64,000 nucleotides of DNA from an uncultured virus (IMG/VR IMGVR_UViG_3300034061_005656) (IMGVR_UViG_3300034061_005656), one strand, 5' to 3'; positions 43,650 through 52,912 are shown, numbered from the stretch's first letter. Numbers and translations: made by a program. The notes: generated from the sequence alone by a model not told the origin.

Positions 43650-44435
43650 TTCTATATCGTCTGTCTTTGATGATTCGGTATCAATTTGTAAGTTTTTCTA
43701 TAAAACTGCCGCCGTGCCGCGAGCCGCCATGCCACGAGGTACAAAAAGTACCGGGCCTTGAAAGAGGCGGAGGCGGAGGGAGAAAGGGGGCTGTTTTTTG
43801 GCCGGGCAAGTATTTTAGTACTGCACCGGGAACCTTGCAAGAAAAGAGGGGAAAAGACGAGAAGAGAGGAAAAAGAGGGGCAACTGTGCTGAGAGCCATT
43901 GTTTTAGGGCTTAGAAAAAAGTTTAGAAAAAATGTAACATTTTGACCTGCAAGGACCCTTAAGGGGCCTTCTGGGAGCCCTGCAAGGAGTCGGAGGGCAC
44001 TTTTCCGGGCGTCAGTATTGTAAGAACGAAGACGAAAGAGAGGAGGACGAAGGGAAAAATTTTGTGTGGGGAGGCTGTGTTTGGGGTTGGGTAATGTACA
44101 ACTTCTGCAAGGTCTCGAGGAGGCTGGGTTGAGGTGGGTTTTCTTTTGCGATGCTCAAAACGACTTCGGGGAAGAAATCTTCGTCGAAAAGTACTAAGCG
44201 GAAATGAAAAAGAGTAGAGAGAAATGCGCTTAGTATGTCTGCAGATATAAAATATAAAACCGCAAAGAGAACTATATTTCTAATACGTGTATACGTATGC
44301 GTATCTACCTAACGAAAGAAAGGTTGAGTTTTCGGTTTCTGAATGTTTTAGGTAGTTTTATGTTTCATAAGTGACAAATCTATGTTACAATGAAAGTGTG
44401 TACAATGTACAAAAATCTAAGAGGAAAAGAAAGAC
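43650..44435. other. ~800-bp divergent non-coding region with purine-skewed tracts
   Basis: No credible ORF; long A/G runs on +, recurring (C/T)TGCAAG, AT-rich end. Confidence 0.6.
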
Positions 44436-44921
44436 ATGAGTGAAGAAAAGAAATGGGTGTCTGCTCAAGACGCTCTTGCGATGATGGGACTCACTACTGA
44501 TGATGTAGATGACGCTGATGCAGAACTTCTTGAGAAAAAGAAGCATGGAGTAGATCGTCAGATCTGCGCATGTGGTCATGCGATGTCTCGACATACAGTT
44601 GTTCATGGAGCTGTGTTCTGTAAACCTGCTCGTATGGAGTGTCCGTGCAAACATGTACGACCAGTTATTGAGACAGAAGATACTCGTATGTTTATCCGTA
44701 AGACAGACGGTGCAGGTTCAGCTCATGCTTTATCTCGTGGAATTCGTGCTGCTGCTGAAAAAGGAAAGTCAGTTGCGTGGATCGTGGATCTCGTTTGCGA
44801 TCGCTGTGGAACTGCAAACAATCGTGTTGTCCCAGTACCTGTTACGCAAAATGGTCACGCTACTTCCTATGCTACAGGTTATGATGCTTTGCTATGTCCC
44901 GAGTGCAGAATAGAAGTTTAG
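44436..44921 (+). CDS. Cys/His-rich (Zn-binding) hypothetical protein
   Basis: CACGH..H..C..CPC and CDRC...CPEC. Confidence 0.65.
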   Translation: MSEEKKWVSAQDALAMMGLTTDDVDDADAELLEKKKHGVDRQICACGHAMSRHTVVHGAVFCKPARMECPCKHVRPVIETEDTRMFIRKTDGAGSAHALSRGIRAAAEKGKSVAWIVDLVCDRCGTANNRVVPVPVTQNGHATSYATGYDALLCPECRIEV

Positions 44922-45001
44922 TGTGGATCCCATAGTTTTCTTTGTTGCAGTCATTGCGCTGTACTACGTTTTCTTAAAGAATAACGATAGAGGTCGCGGC
45001 C

Positions 45002-45664
45002 GTGATTGATGAGTATTACGAAGTCGTAATTGCAACACCTGGAAGAATGATGCACGCTGAATATGTGCAAAGTCTTACTGAGACAATTTCGTATCTTGCT
45101 CGTCAAGGAATTCGAGTTAAGTATCTAAACAAGTATTCTTCTTTTATACCAACCGCTCGTGAGTTGACTGCGTCTGACACTTGGTCACATGACTACTCTT
45201 CTAACAAAATTGCTGGCGGATCCTTTCTTTATAATAAAATCTTTTGGATTGACTCAGATATTGAGTGGACCGTTGAAGACTTTATGAAGCTTTACAACTC
45301 AGATCTTGACGTTGTGTCTGGGCTTTACGCTTTAGACCCTTACGGCAAAGTTGCAGTCGGCTACCCAAACAATCATGGAGTTCCGACAAGCGTGAGCAAA
45401 GTAGAGTTCATGCTTCATGAAAACCCAGTCGAAGTTGGCGGTGTCGGCTTTGGATTTGTCTGTATGAAGTCTGGAGTTTTTGAAAGCATTCCTCGCCCCT
45501 GGTTCCTCATTGGGAGAGTGCAATGGTCACCTGACTCAGACATGAGAGTGAATGTTGGAGAAGATTACTCTTGGTGCGGAAAAGCACAACAAGCCGGGTA
45601 TAAAATCTACGTAGACCCAACTGTTAAAGTTCGGCATCACAAAGAAACCGTTTACGAAGTCTAA
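45002..45664 (+). CDS. GT-A fold glycosyltransferase (GT2-like)
   Basis: 'FWIDSDI' DxD, 'GFGFV', 'GEDYSWC', 'H.K'. Confidence 0.8.
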   Translation: MIDEYYEVVIATPGRMMHAEYVQSLTETISYLARQGIRVKYLNKYSSFIPTARELTASDTWSHDYSSNKIAGGSFLYNKIFWIDSDIEWTVEDFMKLYNSDLDVVSGLYALDPYGKVAVGYPNNHGVPTSVSKVEFMLHENPVEVGGVGFGFVCMKSGVFESIPRPWFLIGRVQWSPDSDMRVNVGEDYSWCGKAQQAGYKIYVDPTVKVRHHKETVYEV

Positions 45665-45681
45665 AAGAAAAGAGAACCGTC

Positions 45682-45804
45682 ATGGCTGAGATTACACCAG
45701 AAGAAGAAATTAAGAATTTGCAAGCAGAGGTTGAAGATCTGATGATTCAGATTCAAGACCTCCGCGAAGAAAATGTGCGATTGAATTCGCTTATCGGCGA
45801 GTAA
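45682..45804 (+). CDS. 40-aa coiled-coil peptide
   Basis: MAEITPEEEIKNLQAEVEDLMIQIQDLREENVRLNSLIGE*. Confidence 0.5.
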   Translation: MAEITPEEEIKNLQAEVEDLMIQIQDLREENVRLNSLIGE

Positions 45805-45814
45805 TTATTCGCTC

Positions 45815-45886
45815 GCCGGATTAGCTCAGTGGTAGAGCAACGCACTTGTAATGCGTAGGTCCTCGGTTCAATCCCGAGATCCGGCT
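45815..45886 (+). tRNA. tRNA-Thr(TGT)
   Basis: GCCGGAT/ATCCGGC acceptor stem, D arm AGCTCAGTGGTAGAGC, anticodon arm ACGCA-CTTGTAA-TGCGT, T arm CTCGG-TTCAATC-CCGAG. Confidence 0.95.
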
Positions 45887-46107
45887 CCGGAACTTCCCGT
45901 TGTATCTTTCATACGTAGAATCTACGACGGGAAGTTCTACCCCCATTAGCTCCTCTACAAAAGCATTTTATTTCTATATAATGAAGACTCTCAAAACCAT
46001 TGTTTCTAAAAGAAAGTTCTCGTGGACCATCCAAGAGACTCTTCTCACGGAAAAAATCTCTTACCAATGACTCAGTATATAGTTTCTCTGGACCTAAGGA
46101 GGCCCTC

Positions 46108-46317
46108 ATGGAAAAACTATTGACCGCTCAAAATAAAGCAATCCTCGCATCGTATGCCCGCTCAGTACTCGGTGCAGGCGTTGCTACATACGTATCCACC
46201 CAAGACATCAAGTTGACCTTGAATGCCTTGTGGGCGGCCGCTCTTCCCGTTATCATGCGATACCTCAACCCTGGCGACAAAGCTTTCGGTAAGGGCGCAG
46301 AAGTCTCGGAAGACTAA
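46108..46317 (+). CDS. Small membrane protein (holin-like)
   Basis: AAGGAGG SD; 'ASYARS..AG.A.Y...AAALPVIMRYLNPGDKAFG'. Confidence 0.65.
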   Translation: MEKLLTAQNKAILASYARSVLGAGVATYVSTQDIKLTLNALWAAALPVIMRYLNPGDKAFGKGAEVSED

Positions 46318-46347
46318 ACCACACACAAAAGAAAGACAGTCACCTCC

Positions 46348-46665
46348 ATGACAGAGAAAAAGAAAACGCCGGCAAAGAAGACTTCTAAAGCTCCAGCCAA
46401 AAAATCAACGCCCGCGAAAAAAGCGCCAGCGAAGAATGCTCCTGCTAAGAAAGCTCCGGCGAAGAAGAAAGCACCAGCGAAGAAAGCAGCGCCTGCTAAA
46501 GCTCCTCAGGCTTTGACTGGCGCAGTTGCTCCTCAGACCAAGACATCAAATCCCGGTCACGAGAAGATTGTTCTTACAGTCGAAGCTCTCACGCCAGCAG
46601 CGATGCCTGAGCGAGCCGCAGAAGTAAAGAAACAAAGTTTCCTTAAGAAACTATTCAAACGCTGA
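46348..46665 (+). CDS. Histone H1-like / HupB-tail-like PAKK-repeat protein
   Basis: Repeated PAKK/APAKK. Confidence 0.7.
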   Translation: MTEKKKTPAKKTSKAPAKKSTPAKKAPAKNAPAKKAPAKKKAPAKKAAPAKAPQALTGAVAPQTKTSNPGHEKIVLTVEALTPAAMPERAAEVKKQSFLKKLFKR

Positions 46666-46677
46666 GCTGCAAAGCTC

Positions 46678-46720
46678 GAGGGTTCGCCGGACATTGCCCT
46701 CTCCCGCCCGGCGGACCCTC
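46678..46720 (+). terminator. GC-rich hairpin with pyrimidine-rich loop
   Basis: gagggttcgccgg-ACATTGCCCTCTCCCGC-ccggcggaccctc. Confidence 0.6.
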
Positions 46721-46744
46721 ACCCCAGTGTAAAGTGTACTTCAC

Positions 46745-47662
46745 ATGACAACAGCCTTAACTCCTTTCGATGACACTCCGGAGCCGGAGAAGCCCGAAAT
46801 CCAAATCGACGAGCCGGTCAATATTCGCCCGGTGCTCGCTGATCTTGGCATTGACGAAGTAGAGCGAGGCATCTGCCAAGACACATACGAAAACCGTGCA
46901 ATTCTCCGCCGGCACAAAATGAGCTGGGACTCTGTTTACGCATCCAACGGAGTGCCTACAGGTCTCATTCAGGCTCGCTCTCCGGAGATGGATAAAGCTC
47001 GCCGGCACCTTAGTCTCGCGGAGAAAAAACCAATTCTCGTTGATCCGGAGCGTCCGAACTCAGACTACCTCACCGGCTATGATCTCCTCGCAGAAAGCGC
47101 CACAGACTACCTTGTGCCTCCTTGGGTGCTGGGCGCAACCAAATCCTATATAAAAGAACAAGAAGACGGATCACCTCCTAAAGGCAAGCGTCAACCGGCA
47201 GCAATGCCAGTTCGTTGCCGTGCAGTTAAAGACGACGGCATTCGCTGTATGCTCTGGTCTTCAGGACGCGCGAAAGACGACGGTTACTGCCGGGTACATC
47301 TTGGGAGCATTCAACGTAAACCCGGCGAAGATATCGAGCGCGCAAGATCTAAACTTGTTCAGGCAGCTCCTTACGCCGTTGATGTTCTCGAAGATCTGAT
47401 GGAGAACGCAGCAAGCGAACCGATCCGCCTCAAAGCTTCAACAGAGATTCTTGATCGTGCCGGCGTTCGCGGCGGAATCGAGTTCGACGCAAACGTACAC
47501 ATCACAGACGGTCGCTCGCCAGCGCAGATCGTTGCCGAAAGACTTACGCGCTTAGCTTCTGGCGCAGCACAGATTACATCAATGCTGAACGAAGCTGGGA
47601 TTGAACTCCCAACCAAAGACGATAGCGACATCGAAGATGCTGAAATCGTTGAGAAAGAATAG
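46745..47662 (+). CDS. Possible terminase small subunit-like protein
   Basis: 'RC.A...G.RC.......GYCRVHLG' Zn motif, 'AVDVLEDLM...IRLKASTEILDRAG', acidic end 'IEDAEIVE'. Confidence 0.45.
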   Translation: MTTALTPFDDTPEPEKPEIQIDEPVNIRPVLADLGIDEVERGICQDTYENRAILRRHKMSWDSVYASNGVPTGLIQARSPEMDKARRHLSLAEKKPILVDPERPNSDYLTGYDLLAESATDYLVPPWVLGATKSYIKEQEDGSPPKGKRQPAAMPVRCRAVKDDGIRCMLWSSGRAKDDGYCRVHLGSIQRKPGEDIERARSKLVQAAPYAVDVLEDLMENAASEPIRLKASTEILDRAGVRGGIEFDANVHITDGRSPAQIVAERLTRLASGAAQITSMLNEAGIELPTKDDSDIEDAEIVEKE

Positions 47663-47669
47663 TATAATA

Positions 47670-47873
47670 ATGACCGCGGAGAAAATTAAGCAACTCGCAG
47701 AGGAGCTTGCAGGGCGTCTAAAAGATGACATTCATAAAGCAGGAAATCGAGAGTCGCACATTCGAGCATCAGCGCGCGCGAATGAAGCCGATCTTCTTCT
47801 ACAAGGTCTGAATCAAATGTTTGATTCTTCTACAATTCAGGATGACGATAATGACAATATTCAAGAAAACTAA
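47670..47873 (+). CDS. Hypothetical protein
   Basis: ATG 47670 after TATAAT. Confidence 0.5.
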   Translation: MTAEKIKQLAEELAGRLKDDIHKAGNRESHIRASARANEADLLLQGLNQMFDSSTIQDDDNDNIQEN

Positions 47874-48648
47874 ATCAAACCTCAATCCTGACCGTGACCG
47901 CTTCCTCGAGACGGTCCGATCACATCTCGGCTACAAAACTCGACCTTCCGGCCTGAGCGAGTTTGCAGTGCAGACGGGCTACAAAGGCGAGGCTATTCCT
48001 TGGTCCGGTGCGTTTCTAGATGTCTGCGCTCGTGATTCAAATGTATTCATGCCGGCATGCATTTACACACCGTCCGGCCTGGCGGAGTTTTCTGCAGACG
48101 GACGGGTTGTTTCTACACCCGAACCAGGCGACATTGTTTTTTACTCGTTCCCGACGGCTGAACAATTTGGGATGCCCCATTGCGGCGTGGTAGCCAGCGC
48201 AGACGAGTTCGAGCAGACGGGCATGTTTTCTGCGATCGAAGCTCAAGTCAATTCAGGCCTGCCGAAGGCGTCACAAAGCAAGACGGGCATCTTTGAGAGA
48301 GTTCGCTGGAAATACGAAGTTATTGCGTTTGTTCGTCCAGATTTTTCACGCAGGCCTGCTATAGAAAAACAAAAAGAGCAGACGGACAAGGTTTTGATCA
48401 AGCTCCGAAGCGTGCAGCCTGGTAGGCAGAACTCGAGCGTGCAGACGGTACAGAAAGCTCTGGCTCAAGTTGCCGGCTTGAAAAATGAAAACCCGACTGT
48501 GTTTGACGAAGCAACTCAGCTCGCGTACTCGAGGTGGCAGCGACAGATTGGTTTCGTGTACCCTGACTGTACTGGAGTACCGGATCGAGCAAGCTTGAGA
48601 TTACTGGGAAAAATTTCCGGAATGTTCAGTGCAGATTCTGAAAACTAA
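47851..48648 (+). CDS. CHAP-like domain + peptidoglycan-binding domain protein (catalytic Cys apparently replaced by Ser)
   Basis: 'PWSGAF', 'PEPGDIVFY', 'HCGVV', 'IEAQ'; C-terminal 'VQTVQKAL...AYSRWQRQIG...GVP..SL..LG'. Confidence 0.65.
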   Translation: MTIFKKTKSNLNPDRDRFLETVRSHLGYKTRPSGLSEFAVQTGYKGEAIPWSGAFLDVCARDSNVFMPACIYTPSGLAEFSADGRVVSTPEPGDIVFYSFPTAEQFGMPHCGVVASADEFEQTGMFSAIEAQVNSGLPKASQSKTGIFERVRWKYEVIAFVRPDFSRRPAIEKQKEQTDKVLIKLRSVQPGRQNSSVQTVQKALAQVAGLKNENPTVFDEATQLAYSRWQRQIGFVYPDCTGVPDRASLRLLGKISGMFSADSEN

Positions 48649-48690
48649 AGCTGATATAATGTAACTAACCTCACTACATAAGGAGACACA

Positions 48691-49179
48691 ATGACAGTAG
48701 TAAATAAGCGCACTCGCGTTAACAGCCAAGAAAAGACACGCAACGCAGTCCTTGCGACGCTAAAGCTTTCAGATCAGCCTTTGGTACTTAATGAAGTCCA
48801 AGCTCTTCTCGCAATGCGCGGCGTATCACTTCACGTAACATACGTTAGTGAAATTCTTAAGCAGCTTATTCAAGCCGGCAAAATTTCCCAGCGGAATGAA
48901 ACGCCAGCCGAGCGAGTTGTTCGTTTCGGCAGACACGAGCCACGCGGCGCACATTTTAAAGCAGTGTACTTCTGGGGCGAGCCTGGCAAAGTTCCAGCAC
49001 GCACAAAAGTAAGCAACATACACATGACGGGTCGGATAGCAAAAAAGACACGCAGGCCTGCTAAGGCAGCTCGAGTGCAGACGGGCACTAAAATCACTGC
49101 CCGCGAAAACTTGAGTCTTATGACGCGTGTTGCTGAGCTTGAAGCTCAGATTGCTGAGATGCGCAAAATTATTGGCTAG
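48691..49179 (+). CDS. Winged-helix-like DNA-binding protein
   Basis: 'VLATLK..QPL...EVQ.LL.......TYVSEILKQLIQAGKI'; AAGGAG SD. Confidence 0.55.
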   Translation: MTVVNKRTRVNSQEKTRNAVLATLKLSDQPLVLNEVQALLAMRGVSLHVTYVSEILKQLIQAGKISQRNETPAERVVRFGRHEPRGAHFKAVYFWGEPGKVPARTKVSNIHMTGRIAKKTRRPAKAARVQTGTKITARENLSLMTRVAELEAQIAEMRKIIG

Positions 49180-49282
49180 CGAACGCAGGCCTGCCAGGGA
49201 GCTTCCAAAAGCAGACGGACAGCCTGCTAGGGGGCTCCCTAAAAGCAGACGGGTCGCTCTTGAGTTGTGATAACGTGAACAC

Positions 49283-49546
49283 GTGATTCATCTTGCGCTG
49301 TACGTTGTTGAGGACGTCGAGGACGCTGCGCTCGCAGAGCGAAACGAGATCTTCGAGTTTGTCATTGATGGATCAGAATGCGAAAACTGCGGAATGGTGA
49401 TTGGCCCATCGCTTGATGCATTCTTCCCATGCGTTGTGATCGTTGATACAGACGAAAAACTCGATGTTGATAGCTGGGCAATTTGCCTAGACTGTGCTGC
49501 ACCTTTGATGTATCCCAATGAATGGGTTCTCAACCTCGAGCTGTAG
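49283..49546 (+). CDS. Acidic Zn-finger hypothetical protein
   Basis: CENC...CLDC. Confidence 0.5.
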   Translation: MIHLALYVVEDVEDAALAERNEIFEFVIDGSECENCGMVIGPSLDAFFPCVVIVDTDEKLDVDSWAICLDCAAPLMYPNEWVLNLEL

Positions 49547-49577
49547 AGTACAAAACTAAAGTTGTTATAATGATTCC

Positions 49578-49784
49578 ATGCAGCCAAACATTAATCATCA
49601 CGCCAACATTCATACAACGCTCGTTACACCTGCGAAGTCTTTCACATGTGACATCGAAGGCGAATTCCGAGTAGTCTGCACCTGCGGAGTGCTCGGCAAG
49701 AACGTCGTCTTTGCCAGCAAAGATCTCGCAGAAACTGCGGCGGCACAGCACCGTGAATTCGGTGTAAAACTAAAGTCGTTATAA
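49578..49784 (+). CDS. Cassette gene, leaderless, CxC..H motif
   Basis: ATG 6 nt after TATAAT; runs through the next repeat. Confidence 0.6.
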   Translation: MQPNINHHANIHTTLVTPAKSFTCDIEGEFRVVCTCGVLGKNVVFASKDLAETAAAQHREFGVKLKSL

Positions 49785-49792
49785 TAGCTTCC

Positions 49793-49957
49793 ATGGGACT
49801 TCTCCAAGCATACGCTATCTACAAATACGGCAAAAGCCGGCAGAAGAAGCGTCAACGTTTAGAAGAAGAGTACTGGGAAGAGATCTGCGATCTCTGTGGC
49901 TTCGCTCGTGCACAGCACGCTCGCGACGCTCAAGAGACGTGCCCAACCTACAGCTAA
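49793..49957 (+). CDS. Cassette gene, leaderless, 54 aa
   Basis: MGLLQAYAIYKYGKSRQKKRQRLEEEYWEEICDLCGFARAQHARDAQETCPTYS*; ATG 7 nt after TATAAT. Confidence 0.6.
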   Translation: MGLLQAYAIYKYGKSRQKKRQRLEEEYWEEICDLCGFARAQHARDAQETCPTYS

Positions 49958-50023
49958 AACTAAAGTTGTTATAATGATCTCATGCCGCAAGGCACAACCT
50001 ACAAAAAACGAAAGGACAATCCA

Positions 50024-50431
50024 ATGAGAAAACTCACTACTATCGAGGTGCATGGCGCTAAGATCGAGATCATGCCACGCGTCTACAGCGTTCACGATCG
50101 ACGCTCCGCGTACTCACAAGCTCCACGAATGTACGTCAGCGTTGCAGACGAGACTTTGTTTGACAACCTTGCCAATCGCAAGCGTCGTCCTTATAACGTC
50201 TACAAGACACTGATTCACGCGAGTGGCATCTCTGAGATTCTCGATCTCAGCCGCTTGAGCTGGTCCCAATACGCTGGGTGCACCTGCCCCTGCTCGCCGG
50301 GATTCATTCTCAATCGTCAAACACTCCGGTTCGAAGACGAAGTCTTTTTGAACTTTGATGTTTGGGTGACTCTCGAGTCTGCTCCTTCAGTTGATGAGCG
50401 AAAGGCGCCCCGCGTTCTCGCGGGCGTCTAA
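50024..50431 (+). CDS. Cassette gene, hypothetical ('WSQYAGCTCPCSPGF')
   Basis: GAAAGGAC SD before ATG 50024. Confidence 0.7.
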   Translation: MRKLTTIEVHGAKIEIMPRVYSVHDRRSAYSQAPRMYVSVADETLFDNLANRKRRPYNVYKTLIHASGISEILDLSRLSWSQYAGCTCPCSPGFILNRQTLRFEDEVFLNFDVWVTLESAPSVDERKAPRVLAGV

Positions 50432-50484
50432 GCTCAAAACTAAAGTTTATATAATAATCTCACCAACCTACGAAAGGACATATC

Positions 50485-50712
50485 ATGTCAACAGCAACTT
50501 CAATCGACTCTCACGTCAGAGTCAAGGGCATCACTCCCAATGTGAAAATTATTGACTGGGGCAGTCGCATTACGCTTCGCATCGAAGTCGGCGATGCCAG
50601 CATGACCTGGTACCTCAACCCGCTCACAGACGAAGCAATTGGTGACTACACTCAGCGTGTCATCGACGCGCTCGGTGAAGTCAAAATTGACTTGGCCTCC
50701 GCCGAAAACTAA
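50485..50712 (+). CDS. Cassette gene, hypothetical
   Basis: GAAAGGAC SD; stop codon inside the next repeat. Confidence 0.7.
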   Translation: MSTATSIDSHVRVKGITPNVKIIDWGSRITLRIEVGDASMTWYLNPLTDEAIGDYTQRVIDALGEVKIDLASAEN

Positions 50713-50755
50713 AATTGTTATAATCATTTCACCAACTACAAAAGGACAACCTACA

Positions 50756-51154
50756 ATGTTTCAACACGCAACAATCACACACCGAGATCGCAAAGTCACG
50801 ATGGCGTTCGATGGCCCAGTGCTCCCACAAGAAAAGGACGACATTGACGTCTGGCACGAGCGTGTCAAGGTGTCATGCTCACACAACAAAGACAAGAAAG
50901 TCTACGAGGCGCATGTGTCTTGGTGCAAGGCATCACAACGTAATGGCTTCGCAATGGAGCAGACTGCGATCTTTACTGATCCGCACATTCTGATCTCTCG
51001 TGAGCCTGCGGCTCGCTTCAATGAAAACAAATTTGCAACTTTTTGTGCGCAGGTTCGATTGCTTTGCGCAGCTGCAGCAGCAGATCAGAATAATGTCAGC
51101 GCCGCAGCTGAACTCCTGCGTAAGGCAGAGAGCTACAACCTCGTGAAAAACTAA
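50756..51154 (+). CDS. Cassette gene, hypothetical
   Basis: AAAGGAC SD; stop codon inside the next repeat. Confidence 0.7.
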   Translation: MFQHATITHRDRKVTMAFDGPVLPQEKDDIDVWHERVKVSCSHNKDKKVYEAHVSWCKASQRNGFAMEQTAIFTDPHILISREPAARFNENKFATFCAQVRLLCAAAAADQNNVSAAAELLRKAESYNLVKN

Positions 51155-51188
51155 AGTTGTTATAATAATTCCATAACGAAAGGACAAA

Positions 51189-51455
51189 ATGAGCTATCAA
51201 TTTATTTATGACGAAGAAGCGGTAATCCAAGACGCTGACATCGAAATGGCGCACGCCATCGCGCGAGGCAACTACCTTGCGGCCCTCGAGCGTCGCGGCA
51301 TCTGCGTGCACGATAGCGTCGTGGGCGTTTCCGCCACAGGCGAGATCTTCTACCCTGGACAGGTCGGCCTTGTTGGTGACCAGCAGCGATGCCAGGGCTG
51401 TGGAGTAGTTTTCGAAAGCTTCGAAGACTGGTGCGACACAACCAGGAATCTCTAA
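51189..51455 (+). CDS. Cassette gene, Zn-binding hypothetical
   Basis: GAAAGGAC SD; CxH...CxxC; followed by a hairpin. Confidence 0.7.
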   Translation: MSYQFIYDEEAVIQDADIEMAHAIARGNYLAALERRGICVHDSVVGVSATGEIFYPGQVGLVGDQQRCQGCGVVFESFEDWCDTTRNL

Positions 51456-51552
51456 GCGGTGAGGTCTGCCGGCACCGAAATGGTGTCGGCGTGGCCCGCC
51501 TGAAAACTAAAGTTGTTATAATGATCTTACACCTACTACAAAAGGACAAAAA

Positions 51553-51744
51553 ATGACACACGCACTTGACGAAGTTATCTTCGAAAGCAAACTCACAGTC
51601 GGCGGTCTCGTCGACCTTATCAACTACATGGGCGACGACTCCGAAGACGTCATCATTCCTGAAGACCTTCGCATGATTCTTGAGACACGTCTCTCAAACG
51701 CGGTACTTCAAGAAGTCTCAAGCTTTATCGAAGACTACTTCTAA
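51553..51744 (+). CDS. Cassette gene, acidic hypothetical
   Basis: AAAGGAC SD. Confidence 0.65.
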   Translation: MTHALDEVIFESKLTVGGLVDLINYMGDDSEDVIIPEDLRMILETRLSNAVLQEVSSFIEDYF

Positions 51745-51790
51745 ACTAATACCTAATACACACAAATACGTACAGCAAAAGGACAAAATA

Positions 51791-51955
51791 ATGGAAACAG
51801 CAAATAAAAAATACGTGGTAATTCACCTTCGCATAGACCAACAAATACCAGAAGACAAAGTTGACGAAACTATCAATCAATACATCGACGTACTTTCGCG
51901 CGCCGGTGGCGATTTGACGTGGAACTGTTGTGACTGGGACACGTTCGACGTCTAA
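51791..51955 (+). CDS. Cassette gene, acidic hypothetical
   Basis: AAAGGAC SD before ATG 51791. Confidence 0.6.
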   Translation: METANKKYVVIHLRIDQQIPEDKVDETINQYIDVLSRAGGDLTWNCCDWDTFDV

Positions 51956-52004
51956 AAACTAAAGTTGTTATAATAATCTTACACCCACTACGAAAGGACA
52001 CATC

Positions 52005-52376
52005 ATGGGAGACAGAGCAGTAATCGGATTCCAAAAGAGCAAGGAAGACATTCCAGTCTTTCTTTATGCACACTGGGGCGGCAGCGACAGATACGTCGAT
52101 GCGCAGCGCGCAGTCGAGGCAGCACGTCCTCGCTGGGACGACCCAGCCTACGCAACCCGGATTGGAATCTCGCAAATTGTCGAGAACTACTGGGCTGAGG
52201 AAACTGGGTTCGGAATCAGCGCCGGACACGACTCATTCGCACAGCCAGACTATGACGATGTCATTCTGATTAGCTGGGACGAGCGAGAGGTCTATGTCGT
52301 AAGTGCAGGCGACTCGCAGCACGTCACAGCGACGTTTTCATTCGAGCAGTTTACAACTATGCTCGCGATGAATTGA
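52005..52376 (+). CDS. Cassette gene, conserved phage hypothetical ('MGDRA...LYAHWGG')
   Basis: GAAAGGAC SD. Confidence 0.75.
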   Translation: MGDRAVIGFQKSKEDIPVFLYAHWGGSDRYVDAQRAVEAARPRWDDPAYATRIGISQIVENYWAEETGFGISAGHDSFAQPDYDDVILISWDEREVYVVSAGDSQHVTATFSFEQFTTMLAMN

Positions 52377-52427
52377 AAACTAAAGTTGTTATAATAATCT
52401 TATCAACCTAACCCGAAAGGACACATC

Positions 52428-52751
52428 ATGGCCACCATGACAAAAACCACAACGACAGTTTCAACAGAGACTTTCACCGTACTAGACCCTTCAGCAGAAG
52501 CGCTGATTGCTCAGTTCAATGACGCGAAAGCCGCGATCAAAGCAGCTGAAGCACTGAAGCAAGAAGCTGAAGCCAAGCTTCGTGAAATGCTCGCCGGGCA
52601 AGACGTCGGCGTAATCAATGGCGTCGAGCGCGTAAAAGTTCAGCATCGCAATCTGACCAAGGTCGATCGTGAAATGCTGAAGCTCGCGTTCCCTGAAGCG
52701 CACGAAGCAACGCTAGTCGTCTCGAGTTACACAGTTCTTCAAACGAAGTAA
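52428..52751 (+). CDS. Cassette gene, coiled-coil hypothetical
   Basis: GAAAGGAC SD. Confidence 0.7.
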   Translation: MATMTKTTTTVSTETFTVLDPSAEALIAQFNDAKAAIKAAEALKQEAEAKLREMLAGQDVGVINGVERVKVQHRNLTKVDREMLKLAFPEAHEATLVVSSYTVLQTK

Positions 52752-52764
52752 CTCGAGCAAGAAC

Positions 52765-52912
52765 TGGGTGGCCAGCCCTTGGCCAGGATATTACAAGGGC
52801 TGGCTAGCCGCAGCGGTGCGAGTTGTCTCGCTAAGTAAGGCACCTGCCACGCCAAGAGCATATCCTTCGGGGTCACTGCCAAGTCGCAAGCGCAGATCGT
52901 TAGCAGCCGCTG
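52765..52912 (+). ncRNA. Candidate structured RNA (3' UTR or sRNA)
   Basis: gccagcccttg/caagggctggc stem; loop AGGATAT complementary to ATATCCT at 52860; cagcgg/ccgctg closing stem. Confidence 0.4.

Noticed and set aside
43478..43945. ORFs in the non-coding gap (155, 62 and 72 aa)
   Set aside because: Low-complexity translations of purine runs, no RBS, overlapping the real minus-strand gene.
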